This document shows positions 13,104 to 25,707 of a stretch of 64,000 bases of DNA, piece by piece. Source of the stretch: Eledone cirrhosa (lineage: Eukaryota); assembly GCA_964016885.1 (NCBI GenBank), contig OZ024754.1, positions 24,118,001 through 24,182,000 of the forward strand. The letters are read 5' to 3'. A program made the position numbers and the translations under genes. The notes under the pieces were generated by a model. That model had not been told where the DNA came from and searched no databases. It saw nothing but the letters and a program-made list of their open reading frames with translations. Each line of letters starts with the position of its first letter. Position 1 is the first letter of the stretch.

Positions 13104-13745
13104 AAATTAAGTGTGTGTGTGTGTCTGTGTGTCTGTGTATTACCTATAGGAGCCTACATCTTCAGACCGATTTTCAGGAAACTTTACAGGCTCGTAGATT
13201 AGTCATCGGGAGTGTTTTCTATATATCAGCGTATCGTTTTTTTTTTATTCCGGGGTCATTCTGCAGCTAAAAATCGATAGGGGTCACCTTTTTTTAGGTA
13301 TCGAAAAATAAGATATTTGGCTCTAGCTCCCACATTTTGCCACCGATTTCGTTCAAATTTTAAAGCAAAATAGAATATATCATTGCACATCCTGTAATGG
13401 CTTTATATTTTGCATTTGCTGTTCAGGGACGGCGTGGCATCCGCTTAAATATTCAAAAATACCACTTTTAGACTCAAATTTCGGCTCTAGCTCCCACATT
13501 AATCAACCTACTTTGTTCAAATTTTACACTACGCTAGATCTGATTATTTCACGTCTTACAGTGGCTTTACATTTTAGATTTTTTGTTCAAGAACGGCGTG
13601 GCAACCGCTTAAATATTCGAAAATACCACCTTTTCGCTCAAATTTCCGCCTTTTCGGCTCTAGCTTCCACATTTTTCAACTGATTTCGTTCAAATTCGAA
13701 ACTTCGGCTCCACCTCACACATAAATCAATTTATTTGGTTCAACT
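13095..13745 (+). mobile_element. Helitron-like non-autonomous element 5' part with about 170-bp internal tandem repeats
   Basis: tataaaatt plus (GT/GTCT)n start, accgatttt motif, and repeat units starting ggctctagct at about 13319, 13484 and 13656. Confidence 0.5.
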
Positions 13746-13996
13746 TTTATGTGCATGTATGTATGTACATACATACTACTGTACGTTTGTATACATATAT
13801 GTATGTACGTATACATACTTATATTGAAGTATCAGCTGTACTAAGAGTGAGAAATGAAATTTCATTTTTTCCATTTATCATTTTCGGTACGCCCGGCCGA
13901 CTAACTCACTCGATGTGCAAATTGGGTTGCTCAGCCGTTAATATGCATACGGAAAGTATATACTTTGAAACGTTCAATCGATTGACAGGAAGGTAT

Positions 13997-14037
13997 ACGG
14001 TGCTGATGACAGCTAATAAGCTTGAAACTAGTACATC
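13997..14037 (+). ncRNA. Minimal hammerhead-like motif (family A)
   Basis: ggtg-CTGATGA-c agct aata agct t-GAAA-ctag-TA-catc. Confidence 0.8.
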
Positions 14038-14385
14038 ATTCCTTTGTCAGTGTTGAACAAAAGGGCAACGATGGTTGCCTAACACTGTACGGCTTAATTC
14101 GGGCTGTTTGTTTACAGGCATTATAATATTGTTTACAGACATTATAATAAATGTTCGGTAAACCCATACGTAAATATATATATGTGTGCATGTATGTATA
14201 TACATATACTGTACGTCTGTATACATATATGTATGTACGTATATTAATATATATAGAAAAAAACACAGTAAATTCTGCGTCTAAAATTACGAGGGTAGAT
14301 TATACCACAAATGTTTTATATATTTAAACTGAAGCATACAGTAAGATACAAGATTTCCTATACATACCGTATCAATAACGATTTC

Positions 14386-14478
14386 ATCTCTCGGACAGAC
14401 TAAAGATTTAATCTGTTTCGCCCTGAAAATTGTGTTTTTTTATACAGATAATCCTTAGGCATTTCAACAGCGAGAGAT
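14386..14478 (-). ncRNA. Hammerhead-like motif with long stem III, core CUGUUGA (family B)
   Basis: atctctcg-CTGTTGA-aat-gcct..agggc-GAAA-cagattaaa tc tttagtctg-TC-cgagagat. Stem I is 8 bp. Confidence 0.7.
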
Positions 14479-15064
14479 TAGATTAAATGAAACAAAACAC
14501 ATGTAACAAGAACTCACGAAAGTAAATAATGTACCTCGTGGGTTGAAAGCTATACGTGGTATGAGTGGTTATGCTAGAAATAATAGCCTAATTACACTCA
14601 TCTTATAAGCTCACCTAGATAGCGAGCGGAAATATAAATAAAATATAGAGTTATTAACTCATATTGAAACCCTACAATTAACAAGCTCAAAGTATAAATA
14701 CTGAGCATTGTGGATTGGCAGTATCAGTAGAGGGTCGGACGCCATGCTTTGACGCATAGAGTTACGGCCTTGCCATTCTGAGTTCAAATCCCACCGAGGT
14801 TAACTTTGCCTTTCATCCTTAAGGGGTCGATAAAATAAAGTACCAGTAATGCACTGGGTAATTGCTGGCCTGTGCCAAAAGTAGAAACAGTTATAATATT
14901 AATATATGTAGAAATAAACACAGTAAATTCTGCGTCTAAAATTACGAGGGTAGATTATACCACAAATGTTTTATATATTTAAACTGAAGCATACAGTAAG
15001 ATACAGAATTTCCTATACATACCGTATCAATAACGATTTCATCTCTCGGTCAGACTAAAGATTT

Positions 15065-15109
15065 AACGATGCTGACGATAGCTAATAAGCTTGAAACTAG
15101 TACATCGTT
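15065..15109 (+). ncRNA. Minimal hammerhead-like motif (family A, copy 2)
   Basis: aacgatg-CTGACGA-t agct aata agct t-GAAA-ctag-TA-catcgtt. Stem I is 7 bp. Confidence 0.85.
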
Positions 15110-15699
15110 CCTGTGTCAGTGTTGAACAAAAAGGTGACGATGGTTGCCTGAACACTGTACGGCGTAATTCGGGCTGTTTGTTTACAAACAAACCAAGCAT
15201 TATAATAAATGTTCGGTAAACCCATACGTACATATATATATGTGTGCATGTATGTGTATATATACCTACTACTGTACGTCTGTATACATATATGTATGTA
15301 CGTATACATACATACTTACATTTAAGTACCAGCCGTACTAAGAGTGAGAAATGAAATTTCGTTTCATTCTTTTCCATTTATATATATATACATATACATA
15401 TATACATATATACATATATATATATATATACATATACATATATCCATATATACATATACATATTTACATACATATATATATCCCTTGGTCCGATTTGACG
15501 AAAGTCGATCGTTCCTAAAAAATATATCCATATATATATATACATATATTTACATATATACATTTATATACATATATATATACATATATACATTTATATA
15601 CATGTATACATTCATATACATATATACATATATACACATATATATATATACATATATACATACATATAAATATATACATACATATGTATATATACATAC

Positions 15700-15774
<75 letters not shown>

Positions 15775-15779
<5 letters not shown>

Positions 15780-16415
15780 ATACTTGGGGAGGGTCATATT
15801 TGCGTAATATTGCCAGAATTAATAACAGAACACACTCACTGTTTGGTTGGTTTTCGCTTCTCGCTGTCTTTTATTATATCTGCGATCTAACTTACTCGGT
15901 CCTCAATGTTGCCATTGACTGACCGGCGGTCAAAAATAATACAGATACAATATAGACACAAACACATATATATATATATAGTTTACATAATTTACATAAA
16001 TCTTTCGTTGCACATCTGCAACATCGTCAGTGGTGTTATATTCATTGTTCCTCCTGTTGTGTTGTATGTCTACGCCATTTTTTATTCAGTCTGTCTATAT
16101 ATTTATTTATTTATTTGCTTGTTTGTTTATCTTATTTTATTTTGTCTTCTTTGCGCATGCGTTTGCGTGTGTGTATAGTGTTATGTGTGACTAGTGTGTA
16201 TAGTGTTGTGTCTGCTGGGTGACTAGTGTGTGTTTATGTGCTTGTTGTTATTGTGCTTGTGTATGTATTTATTTATCTTATTTAATTTAATTTTATTTAC
16301 TTATTTATACTTCTCTTAGGTCAGTGTTGTTTGTTTGGGTGTTGTTGTTGTTCCACTCATTCTTTCTGTTTAGCTTTGGTAAAGCTAAACAGAAAGAATG
16401 AGTGGAACAACAACA
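15775..16415 (-). mobile_element. PLE family 2 3' fragment with terminal foldback hairpin
   Basis: Reverse complement of about 23176-23738 (ORF end, 3' UTR, pLTR with hammerhead at about 15994-16034). Hairpin 16343-16415 has 35-bp arms and loop ggt. Confidence 0.9.
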
Positions 16416-16421
16416 TATATA

Positions 16422-19400
16422 TAGTAATAATAATAAATTTGAAGACTAAAATCCAAAGAGGGCTCGATAAGGATAAATATATATAAAATATATAAGAACC
16501 GTAGAGCAAATATTTATTAAAATAACAGATTAAAGTTTAAGCAAAGAATCGCTGCTTTCACCCTTAACGGGATCTTCTGAAACTAACAAAGTCAATCTGT
16601 AAACGATCTTTCTTTCCCTTATTACGAAGCATTTTCCCCCGACACATAAATATAGTAAAATGTTTAATAGTGTAGTGACCTACATTCCGCGGGCTCACAT
16701 ACATTCTCTATGCGTGATTTGGCTCAGTTCAGCCAATCAGCGCTAGTAGAAGAGGATGTATCCCTACGCGCCCGGAGGAAGAAATTCCCCGCGAAGATTT
16801 GAAGAATCTCTCTCTTGTACCAGAAACTTCGAGCCAGCAACACGCATAATGTAACGGTGAGATATTGCACCCTAGCCTCGCCGGCTTTCCGGCGCAATGG
16901 CACATTCCCTTTTGTAACCTCTTTTTATCTGTAACTTCAACCATATAAGTTAACAAACATTGTTTGTGCTACATCAAAAATAAACATACATTTCATCTCT
17001 AATTTCTGCTGTTGAAATCATTATTATGTTACTCGTGTCTCAATAACATCTATAATCCATGCTGCTGGAATTGGCGACCTGACGAAAGGGATATTGTAAA
17101 TACTAAGATGGTAAATAGATCGAGGGACCTTCCCTCACGTCTATGTCGACAAGATAATCCAACGAGGATACTATCACTTACGACACTGGCAACTAACGAC
17201 CATCATCCTACTACACTGTTAAAGTGGCGACTATTCAACTTTCATACAGCTAAAGTGGTGACCGACGTAAGAATTTAACGCAGCCCTTCTTTTTTATTCA
17301 GTTGAACTTTTATTGCCACGTTGCCAACCTTTTTCGCAACTTGCGAAAATAAAAAATATTCCTTTTAAGATTTTTGAAAAATTAGCAGTATTTCAAAAAC
17401 TTTTCGCCACGAAGAAATTTCAAAATGGCTACCGACAGGTTCTGTCTACGATCAACAACGACAGCAGCAGCAGCGACAACATTGTTTAGCCACTGACCAA
17501 AACAGGGAATAGTGAGTGGCAGCTTCATAGCCTTACCGACGCAAACCACCACACATCGGAAATTTCAAAACGGCTTGTAACTTTACCGACGCAACCACCA
17601 TACCTTCTGTCTCGTTACCACAGGGACTCGAGAAATTGAGACAGTAGTTTTCTCACCATTATGGCGTCAGACGTGGCTGCCATGTTTGGTGACTGCTACT
17701 CTACAGAAGATTCTTTGACTTTGCTAAGGTGGCAGGACGGTAGAATGGCCACGAAAACTCACAAAAACACCATACATCTAACCCCTAACGGCATTAACAA
17801 ACTTCTTTTTCAGTTTTCAGATAGAACTAGTGTCTGTACACTGGTGATGTGTGAACTATTTGACTTTGAGAAACTGAACTTATTGAGCAATTTCTCTGCT
17901 CCCTTAGATTGACTTTGAATTATCAGTTTGTTACATTCACATATTTCTTTGTAGAATGCATTTACTTGTTTTGTGCTCTTTTGCCATTTGCTTGCTCATG
18001 GTTTTTGTTCATTCACATTCTTTGCTGTTTTACATGCCTGCATATGCACACATTTTTTTTTATCACACACCAACATGTTGTTCTTGGTATATGTTCTTCA
18101 AACGTAATATTCTGCGAGTCCCTTTCCACCTGGTTGAGGTGCTGTCACATGCTAGCAGCTCACAGAGCTTAATCCACTGGATTCAAACAGGCACCGCAAC
18201 ACGAGAATACTAATTGCAGCTGAACTCAAACAGCTTCGCATCTCGTCCATGACGGCCATCCATCTTGTTGTTTTTGCCCGACTCGCTGGGAAAGCAACAC
18301 ATTGAACTGGACTTGTCAGCATTTCGGCCACTTCTATGGATTCGCCCGAATTATGGAATTTACACTGCAACCCACCTACAGATTAAACTTGCTTTTTTTT
18401 TCTTTTCAAAGCAACCAGCCATTTTTTCCTGGCTCCCTAGCACATTCGGCAATACATCTGGGAGGCCAACATTTTCTCGCCTACCCATCATCTTCTTGCC
18501 AGCACTGCCATAATAGCTTCGTCCACAGCTACTGGTGCAGCACTTGCCATTGACATATAATGCAAGAACAGCAACTTCGCCCATGTCAGACTTTATCCGT
18601 TTTTTGTTAGACCTTTGGCGGTCACGTATAAACAACAAAACAACTGGTCATTTGACACAGCGGCTCAACACGGCCCGTAGCGCCTCATTTTTTTCCTTGC
18701 ATGCAGCCTTCTGCTCAATTATTTTGTCACTGATGTGCTCTTTCGGCATTTGTTCTTACTGATTTAATAATCTGTATCGACTACCGTCTAGAAAGGGGGT
18801 ATTGTAGTGACCTACATTCCGCGGGCTCACATACATTCTCTATGCGTGATTTGGCTCAGTTCAGCCAATCAGCGCCAGTAGAAGAGGATGTATCCCTACG
18901 CGCCCGGTGGAAGAAATTCCCCGCGAAGATTTGAAGAATCTCTCTCTTGTACCAGAAACTTCGAGCAAGCAACACGCATAATGTAACGGTGAGATATTGC
19001 ACCCTAGCCTCGCCGGCTTTCCGGCGCAATGGCACATTCCCTTTTGTAACCTCTTTTTATCTGTAACTTCAACCATATAAGTTAACAAACATTGTTTGTG
19101 CTACATCAAAAATAAACATACATTTCATCTCTAATTTCTGCCGTTGAAATCATTATTATGTTACTCGTGTCTCAATAACATCTATAATCCATGCTGCTGG
19201 AATTGGCGACCCGACGAAAGGGATATTGTAAATACTAAGATGGTAAATAGATCGAGGGACCTTCCCTCACGTCTATGTCGACAAGATAATCCAACGAGGA
19301 TACTATCACTTACGACACTGGCAACTAACGACCATCATCCTACTACACTGTTAAAGTGGCGACTTCACAACATTCATACATCCCTACTAAAATAGAAATA

Positions 19401-20194
19401 CTATTAAAATTTCTTACTCTACGACTCCTAACCTTGCACATAACATCACAGCTTCAAATTTAGCTAAACTACCTAGCCGTAGGAACACGTGCAACCCTGT
19501 AGTTAGTACTAACTGTAATTGTAGGAATCGGGTTGATTGCCCCCTATCCGGGAAATGCCTCGCTAGTAACATTGTCTACAAATGTAAGGTTGTAACACCC
19601 ACGTCCCGTAGGGCCTACATAGGGTTAACCGCCAATAGATTCAAGCAGCGTCTTTACACGCATACCCATTCTTTTCGTTACCCTCTAAGAAGGAATATGA
19701 CGTCATTTTCAGCTTATATCTGGAGTCTAAAAGACAACCACACCCAATATAAGTTACACTGGGAGATCCTAGCTAGGGCTAGATCGTATAACGGAAATAA
19801 AAGACCATGTGACCTCTGCGCCGCTGAGGCCCTGGAAATACTCTACGCCACTGACCACATATTAAACAAAAAATCTGAGGCAATTTCGGCTTGTAAACAT
19901 AAATTGCACAAAACTTTCCTGTATTACAGCCCCACGTTATACCCTAATGGATAGTACGATCTATACGTAGATATTTTACGTCTTGATGTGGGAGCTAAGT
20001 ATATGTTTTGTTTATACCATTACTTATTTGCATAGCAAACGTTTCCACGAACCAAAGTATCGTCTTCCTGTCTTCCTCCGGTTGCAACGTTTTTTGAAAT
20101 ATCCACTTCTGCGTTTACAGATTGACTTTGTTAGTTTCAGAAGATCCCGTTAAGGGTGAAAGCAGCGATTCTTTGCTTAAACTTTAATCTGTTA

Positions 20195-20200
<6 letters not shown>
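16422..20200 (+). mobile_element. PLE family 1 third copy, 5'-truncated, interrupted by an LTR element
   Basis: Inverted pLTR at 16422-16604. Body 16605-16670 and 19392-20035 matches 3933-4640, then pLTR 20036-20200 and (AT)n. Confidence 0.9.
16671..19391 (+). mobile_element. Non-autonomous LTR retroelement (TRIM/LARD-like)
   Basis: About 580-bp direct repeats starting tgtagtgacc at 16671 and 18803, with about 5 differences over the first 560 bp. PBS-like tggtgacc near 17256, PPT agaaaggggg at 18790-18799, TSD atag (or aatag). No gag/pol ORF. Confidence 0.88.
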
Positions 20201-20276
<76 letters not shown>

Positions 20277-21075
20277 TATATAGATATATATATATATATA
20301 TAGCGGCGATGAATTAGTTTTGCGAGGTTTTTTATATGAAATCGTGTGTCGAAACAAATATTGTTATACTTGGGGAGGGTCATATTTGTGTAATATTGCC
20401 AGAATTAATAACAGAACACACTCACTCTTTGGTTGGTTTTCGCTTCTCGCTGTCTTTTATATCGGTAATCTAACTTACTCGGTCCTCAATGTTGCCATTG
20501 ACTGACCGACGATCAAAAATAATACAGATACAATATAGACACAAACACATATATATAGTTTATCATAAATCTTTCGTTGCACATCTGCAACATCGTCAGT
20601 GGTGTTATATTTCCCTCCTGTTGTGTTGTATGGCGTATAACCATTGAAAGGAAGTAGGAGATCCTGTAGTTACTAGCTATATTAGCTCCGCATACGGGTC
20701 TTGTTGGTGGTCCTGTTGTCGGGTCGTCGACTGTCTTGTGGTCTTTGCGGAGCCCATACAAGGGTGGTATGCCATTGTTAGACGCCTGGAAGTTGTTGGC
20801 AGTGCGTCTGCTTGGCTTTAGGATGTCAGTCCACATCATCATGTGAGCGTTGAGGATTTTCTCTCTCCCATCGTGTGTTTGTTGTGCAATTTCGCTCGTG
20901 TTGGTGATGTGGGGTTGCATAGCCTTGATATAGTTCGGCATGCTGTCTATTGACATCCTACCAGACTTATCCGTGGGTAGACATACTACCTCACCATCCC
21001 TTGTGCGCTGCTTGAGGCTAACCAAGCCTTCTACAGGTTTCCTCCCAAGTTGTTGGGCCTCTGGTCTGCTCTGTC

Positions 21076-23250
21076 TTGGTTAGCCTCAAGCAGCGCACAA
21101 GGGATGGTGAGGTAGTGTGTCTACCCACGGATAAGTCTGGTAGGATGTCAATAGATAGTATGCCGAACTACATCGAGGCTATGCAATCCCACATCACCAA
21201 CACGAGCGAAATTGCACAACAAACACACGATGGGAGAGAAAAAATCCTCAACGCTCACATGATGATGTGGACTGACATCCTAAAGCCAAGCAGACGCACT
21301 GCCAACAACTTCCAGGCGTCTAACAATGGCATACCACCCTTGTATGGGCTCCGCAAAGACCACAAGACAGTCGACGACCCGACAACAGGACCACCAACAA
21401 GACCCGTATGCGGAGCTAATATAGCTAGCAACTACAGGATCTCCTACTTCCTTTCAATGGTTATACGCCCCATAATCAAGATGTCCCCAGATGTATGTGA
21501 CAGTACAGAGGACCTCCTCAGCAGAATCAGTGAGTGCAACAAAAACAGGAGCCTATCCAACTGCATAATAGGCAGCATGGATGTGGTGTCACTGTACCCA
21601 TCCATTAACATTGATTTTGCTGTGAAAAGATGTGTGGAGATGATCATTGAGAGTGAGGTGGAGTTCTGCGAAGTCGACACAGACGAACTGGGCCTCCTAC
21701 TTAGACTTACCTACGACACTGACTACCTAGACAGCCATGACCTTAGATGTTTCTGCCCTAGTAGACCTATAAGAGGTAGACCCCCCACCATAACCTCAAT
21801 GGCAAAAAAGACTCCCATGGGAAGGTGGATTGAGTGGACCAAAGCTATACGTACCCCCCGAAACAGTGATCAGGTAAGAAAAATGGTCGCACATGCAATA
21901 GGGGCTAGTATCAAAACTACCCTAAAGGGCCACATATTTAAGTTCAACGAGAAAATCTACACCCAAAATGAGGGAGCAGCCATCGGCGTCAGCATAGCTG
22001 GTGATGTTGCCAACCTTTTCATGGTATGGTGGGAAAGGAGACTTAAAGATCTCCTTAATGAAAGCTCCATAGACCTCATCATGTACTCTCGTTATGTAGA
22101 CGATATCAATATAGTTATAAGAACACCCCCACTAGAGAGCACTAACAAGTTTGATTTAGAACGTAGCACGATGGAAAACATCCAGCAGATAGCTAATTCC
22201 ATACACCAGAGTATAACTGTAACTATCGACTTCCCTTCCAAACACCCTAACAATAGACTACCTGTATTAGACACAGAACTTTGGATTAACACTATAGACG
22301 AGAGAGCCCAAATTCTCCACTCACACTATGCTAAACCCATGGCCTCCAAATACCTGATACTCAAAAACTTAGCAATGTCCAGTAGTGCTAAGTTTAATAT
22401 TCTGATCGCAGATTTGGTACGAGTGATGAAGAATGTGTCCCGCATGTGCGACCCAACAGAAATGGAAAGACACATCCAACACTTCATCAACCGCATGCAG
22501 TTCTCTGGCTACAACCAAAGAGACAGAGTCAGAGTATACGAAGGAGCCATGGAAAAGTATAAGACCCTCATAGAACTGGACATGAAAGGAATTTGCCCAT
22601 TATACAGGAGCAAATCATGGAATAGCTTAGATAGGGCTAGACATAAGATAGGGAAAGCCACCTCATGGTACGACAACCAGAGATACCAGAGTGTCATGTT
22701 TGTGGACGCCACCCCTGGAGGGAAATTAGCTAACCAGTGTAGAAAGGCCCTGAGAAAGGCCCACTTAAAAATAAAGGTGGTAGAAAAGCCAGGAACCACC
22801 ATAAAATCCCTGATCAGCAAAACCTACCATTTTAAGAAAACCCACTGTACCAATAGGAAATGTATCATATGTAAGGTGAACCCCCGGATAAACTGTAAAA
22901 CTAGAAACGTAGTCTATAGCATAAGATGTATAGAGGGTACTTGCAGAAACATGACAACAACATACATAGGTGAGACAGCTCGAAGCATAGGTGAAAGGAT
23001 AGACCAACACTGGGGGGAACTAAAAGGACGAAAAAACGGGTCAGTACTATACGAACATGCTAGACAACAACATGACGGTAACATAGACAACATAGAAATT
23101 AGAATAATATCTAAACATAGAAATGACCCAGCAGATAGGCAAATCAGAGAGGCCAGTGAAATAGAAATTAGAAGACCAAAGCTAAACAGAAAGAATGAAT
23201 GGAATAACAACAACACCCAAACAAACAACACTGACCTAAGAGAAGTATAA
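21076..23250 (+). CDS. PLE family 2 RT + GIY-YIG endonuclease, open frame, 5'-truncated
   Basis: 724-aa uninterrupted frame with TDKSGR, LYGLRKDHK, PTRPV, SMDVVSLYPS, GAAIG, YVDD, C..C..C linker, NVVY..YIGET..R..H. No native start codon. Confidence 0.9.
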   Translation: MVSLKQRTRDGEVVCLPTDKSGRMSIDSMPNYIEAMQSHITNTSEIAQQTHDGREKILNAHMMMWTDILKPSRRTANNFQASNNGIPPLYGLRKDHKTVDDPTTGPPTRPVCGANIASNYRISYFLSMVIRPIIKMSPDVCDSTEDLLSRISECNKNRSLSNCIIGSMDVVSLYPSINIDFAVKRCVEMIIESEVEFCEVDTDELGLLLRLTYDTDYLDSHDLRCFCPSRPIRGRPPTITSMAKKTPMGRWIEWTKAIRTPRNSDQVRKMVAHAIGASIKTTLKGHIFKFNEKIYTQNEGAAIGVSIAGDVANLFMVWWERRLKDLLNESSIDLIMYSRYVDDINIVIRTPPLESTNKFDLERSTMENIQQIANSIHQSITVTIDFPSKHPNNRLPVLDTELWINTIDERAQILHSHYAKPMASKYLILKNLAMSSSAKFNILIADLVRVMKNVSRMCDPTEMERHIQHFINRMQFSGYNQRDRVRVYEGAMEKYKTLIELDMKGICPLYRSKSWNSLDRARHKIGKATSWYDNQRYQSVMFVDATPGGKLANQCRKALRKAHLKIKVVEKPGTTIKSLISKTYHFKKTHCTNRKCIICKVNPRINCKTRNVVYSIRCIEGTCRNMTTTYIGETARSIGERIDQHWGELKGRKNGSVLYEHARQQHDGNIDNIEIRIISKHRNDPADRQIREASEIEIRRPKLNRKNEWNNNNTQTNNTDLREV

Positions 23251-23489
23251 ATAAATAAATAAAATAAGATAAATAAATAAATAAATACATACACAAGCAC
23301 AATAACAACAAGCACATAAACACACACTAGTCACCCATCACACAGCAAACATAACACTATACACACACGCAAAAGCATGCGCAAAGAAGACGAAATAAAA
23401 TAAACAAACAAGCAAATAAATAAATAAATATATAGACAGACTGAATAAAAAATGGCGTAGACATACAACACAACAGGAGGAAAATATAA

Positions 23490-23532
23490 CACCACTGATG
23501 ATGTTGCAGATGTGCAACGAAAGATTTATGAT
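23490..23532 (+). ncRNA. Minimal hammerhead-like motif in PLE family 2 pLTR
   Basis: acca-CTGATGA-t gttgca gatg tgcaac-GAAA-gatt-TA-tgat. Copies with CTGACGA at 20562-20603(-) and 15994-16034(-). Stem I is weak. Confidence 0.7.
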
Positions 23533-24105
23533 AAACTATATATATGTGTTTGTGTCTATATTGTATCTGTATTATTTTTGACCGTCGGTCAGTCAATGGC
23601 AACATTGAGGACCGAGTAAGTTAGATTACCGATATAAAAGACACAGAAGCGAGAAACGAAAACCAACCAAAGAGTGAGTGTGTTCTGTTATTAATTCTGG
23701 CAATATTACACAAATATGACCCTCCCCAAGTATAACAATATATATATATATATATATATATTGGAAAGTGTGTGAGATCCTTGGTACAGTTAGGTATATT
23801 TGAAAAAAGGAAAAGAATGACTTCACTTGTAGTAAACATTTTTTTGATTTAATGTTATATGATGATATTATATTATGAGTTGGTAGATGTAGTAAGATCT
23901 TTGATTAACTTCGGTGGGAAGAATGTTAGAGATTCCTGGTTAACTCGGGTTGGAGACCTTTCTCGCATTCGTCTGTCTGTGGCGATTGTCAAACTGAGAT
24001 CAGGTTATGTTGAAATGTGTGACTATATATAAGAGAGATTGAATGTGTCTGGGGTGTGGCATATATACATACATATATACATATATAAATATATATATAC
24101 ATACA

Positions 24106-24153
<48 letters not shown>

Positions 24154-24284
24154 TATATACATATATATATATATACATATATATATATATGCATATATAC
24201 ATATATATATATACATATATATATATGCATATATATATATATATATATATATATGCATATATATATATGCATATATATATATGC

Positions 24285-24324
<40 letters not shown>

Positions 24325-24335
24325 GCATATATATA

Positions 24336-24397
<62 letters not shown>

Positions 24398-24403
24398 AGT
24401 GTG

Positions 24404-24438
<35 letters not shown>

Positions 24439-24530
24439 ATGTATGTAAATGTAAACAGAAATAACAACACAATCGGTACAGTATATGGAAAGTATATAAT
24501 AGGTTAACGCTTGATATAGCAGGAAGAGGG

Positions 24531-24566
24531 TCTTAACGTTTCGAACGCTCGTCCTTCACCAGAAGA
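24531..24566 (-). ncRNA. Minimal hammerhead-like motif, core CUGGUGA
   Basis: tctt-CTGGTGA-a ggac gagc gttc-GAAA-cg-TT-aaga, with palindrome aacgtt. Confidence 0.55.
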
Positions 24567-24728
24567 AAGAATGAGAAATAAAATAGATTAAGAGGACGGA
24601 CGGGATGGAATTGGAAAAAATGTCTTTAGATAAAAATAATAGGTCCATTCATGTTGACATATATACATATATATAGAGATATCACGGAAAAAAAGAGAAT
24701 CAGTGTTGCGACGAAAGGAATTTATTGG

Positions 24729-24821
24729 ACACATTACAATTGTTTCTCGGGCGACGAGCTCGAGGCACGATCGATGTGGTGATCAAACCTAACTCTGAAA
24801 TCGCGCGGTCCTCGGATACGT
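24729..24821 (-). ncRNA. Hammerhead-like motif, core CCGAGGA, extended stem II
   Basis: acgtat-CCGAGGA-62-nt hairpin-GAAA-caattg-TA-atgtgt, then AATAAA. Confidence 0.7.
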
Positions 24822-24916
24822 CTCGATTCTACGAAGCAGATTTTCTTATTGTCCTTTAACATCGAATTCTTTCGTTTGTTGATTTAAATCCTGTTGTTGT
24901 CATTCCATGACAATTG

Positions 24917-25392
24917 CTCCCTTTTCCCACCTCCCATCAAATCCGGACGTGGCTATATGAGAAACCATGAAAGGTGAATAAAAACGTGTAACCTGTGTGA
25001 CATCAGTTCATATTGTTTAAATGGTTGACAGCTGTCACCTCAGTATGTTTTGTTTGACGTTTAAATGCCAAAAGAGAGAGGAGATAAACAAATTATAACT
25101 TTTTTTTTCTTTAATAAAATATAATACCAATCTGTCGCTTAGAAAATTAATTGCATTATTAATAAGGGCGGTAGAAACAATTATTAATAAGGGGGGTAGA
25201 TTGGCGGTATCGGTGGAACGTCAGACACCATGTTTCGCAGTATAGTTATGGCCCTTTAACTTCTGAGTTCAAATCACGCCAAGGGTAAATAGCCTTTCAT
25301 CCTTATGGGGTCGATAAAATAAAGCACCAGTAATGCACTGGGGTAATAGCTGAACTTGCGTCAAAAGCAGAAAAATTATAGTTAGTCTCCTT
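24917..25392 (+). repeat. About 500-bp direct duplication, copy 2 (includes SINE from 25191)
   Basis: Matches 12501-13029. Confidence 0.9.
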
Positions 25393-25436
25393 CATATGCA
25401 TATATATATATATATATATGTGTGTGTGCGTGTGTA

Positions 25437-25481
<45 letters not shown>

Positions 25482-25525
25482 TATATATATATTTGTGTGT
25501 ATATATATATATATATTTGTATATA

Positions 25526-25598
<73 letters not shown>

Positions 25599-25707
25599 GC
25601 ATATGTATAAATACATATATATACATATACATATATATATGTGTGTATATATGTATATGTATATATATGTATATATATGTATATATATATATATATGTAT
25701 ATATATA

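Larger units (their letters stand above)
13750..15377. mobile_element. Two interleaved ORF-less hammerhead-bearing elements (retrozyme/pLTR-like) plus a SINE at 14710-14895
   Basis: Family A (+): 13750-14243, where the start recurs at about 14185 (monomer about 435 bp), and 15065-15377. Family B (-): 14241-about 14700 and 14896-15065. Confidence 0.75.
20361..23738. mobile_element. PLE family 2 head-to-head insertion (deleted minus arm plus long plus arm)
   Basis: 20361-20630 is the reverse complement of the pLTR at about 23462-23738. 20631-21026 mirrors 21075-21470 around a 48-bp spacer. Confidence 0.92.

Noticed and set aside
17420-18760. Short ORFs in the LTR element interior as gag or cargo genes
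   Set aside because: All are under 100 aa with no motif I recognise. A database search is needed.
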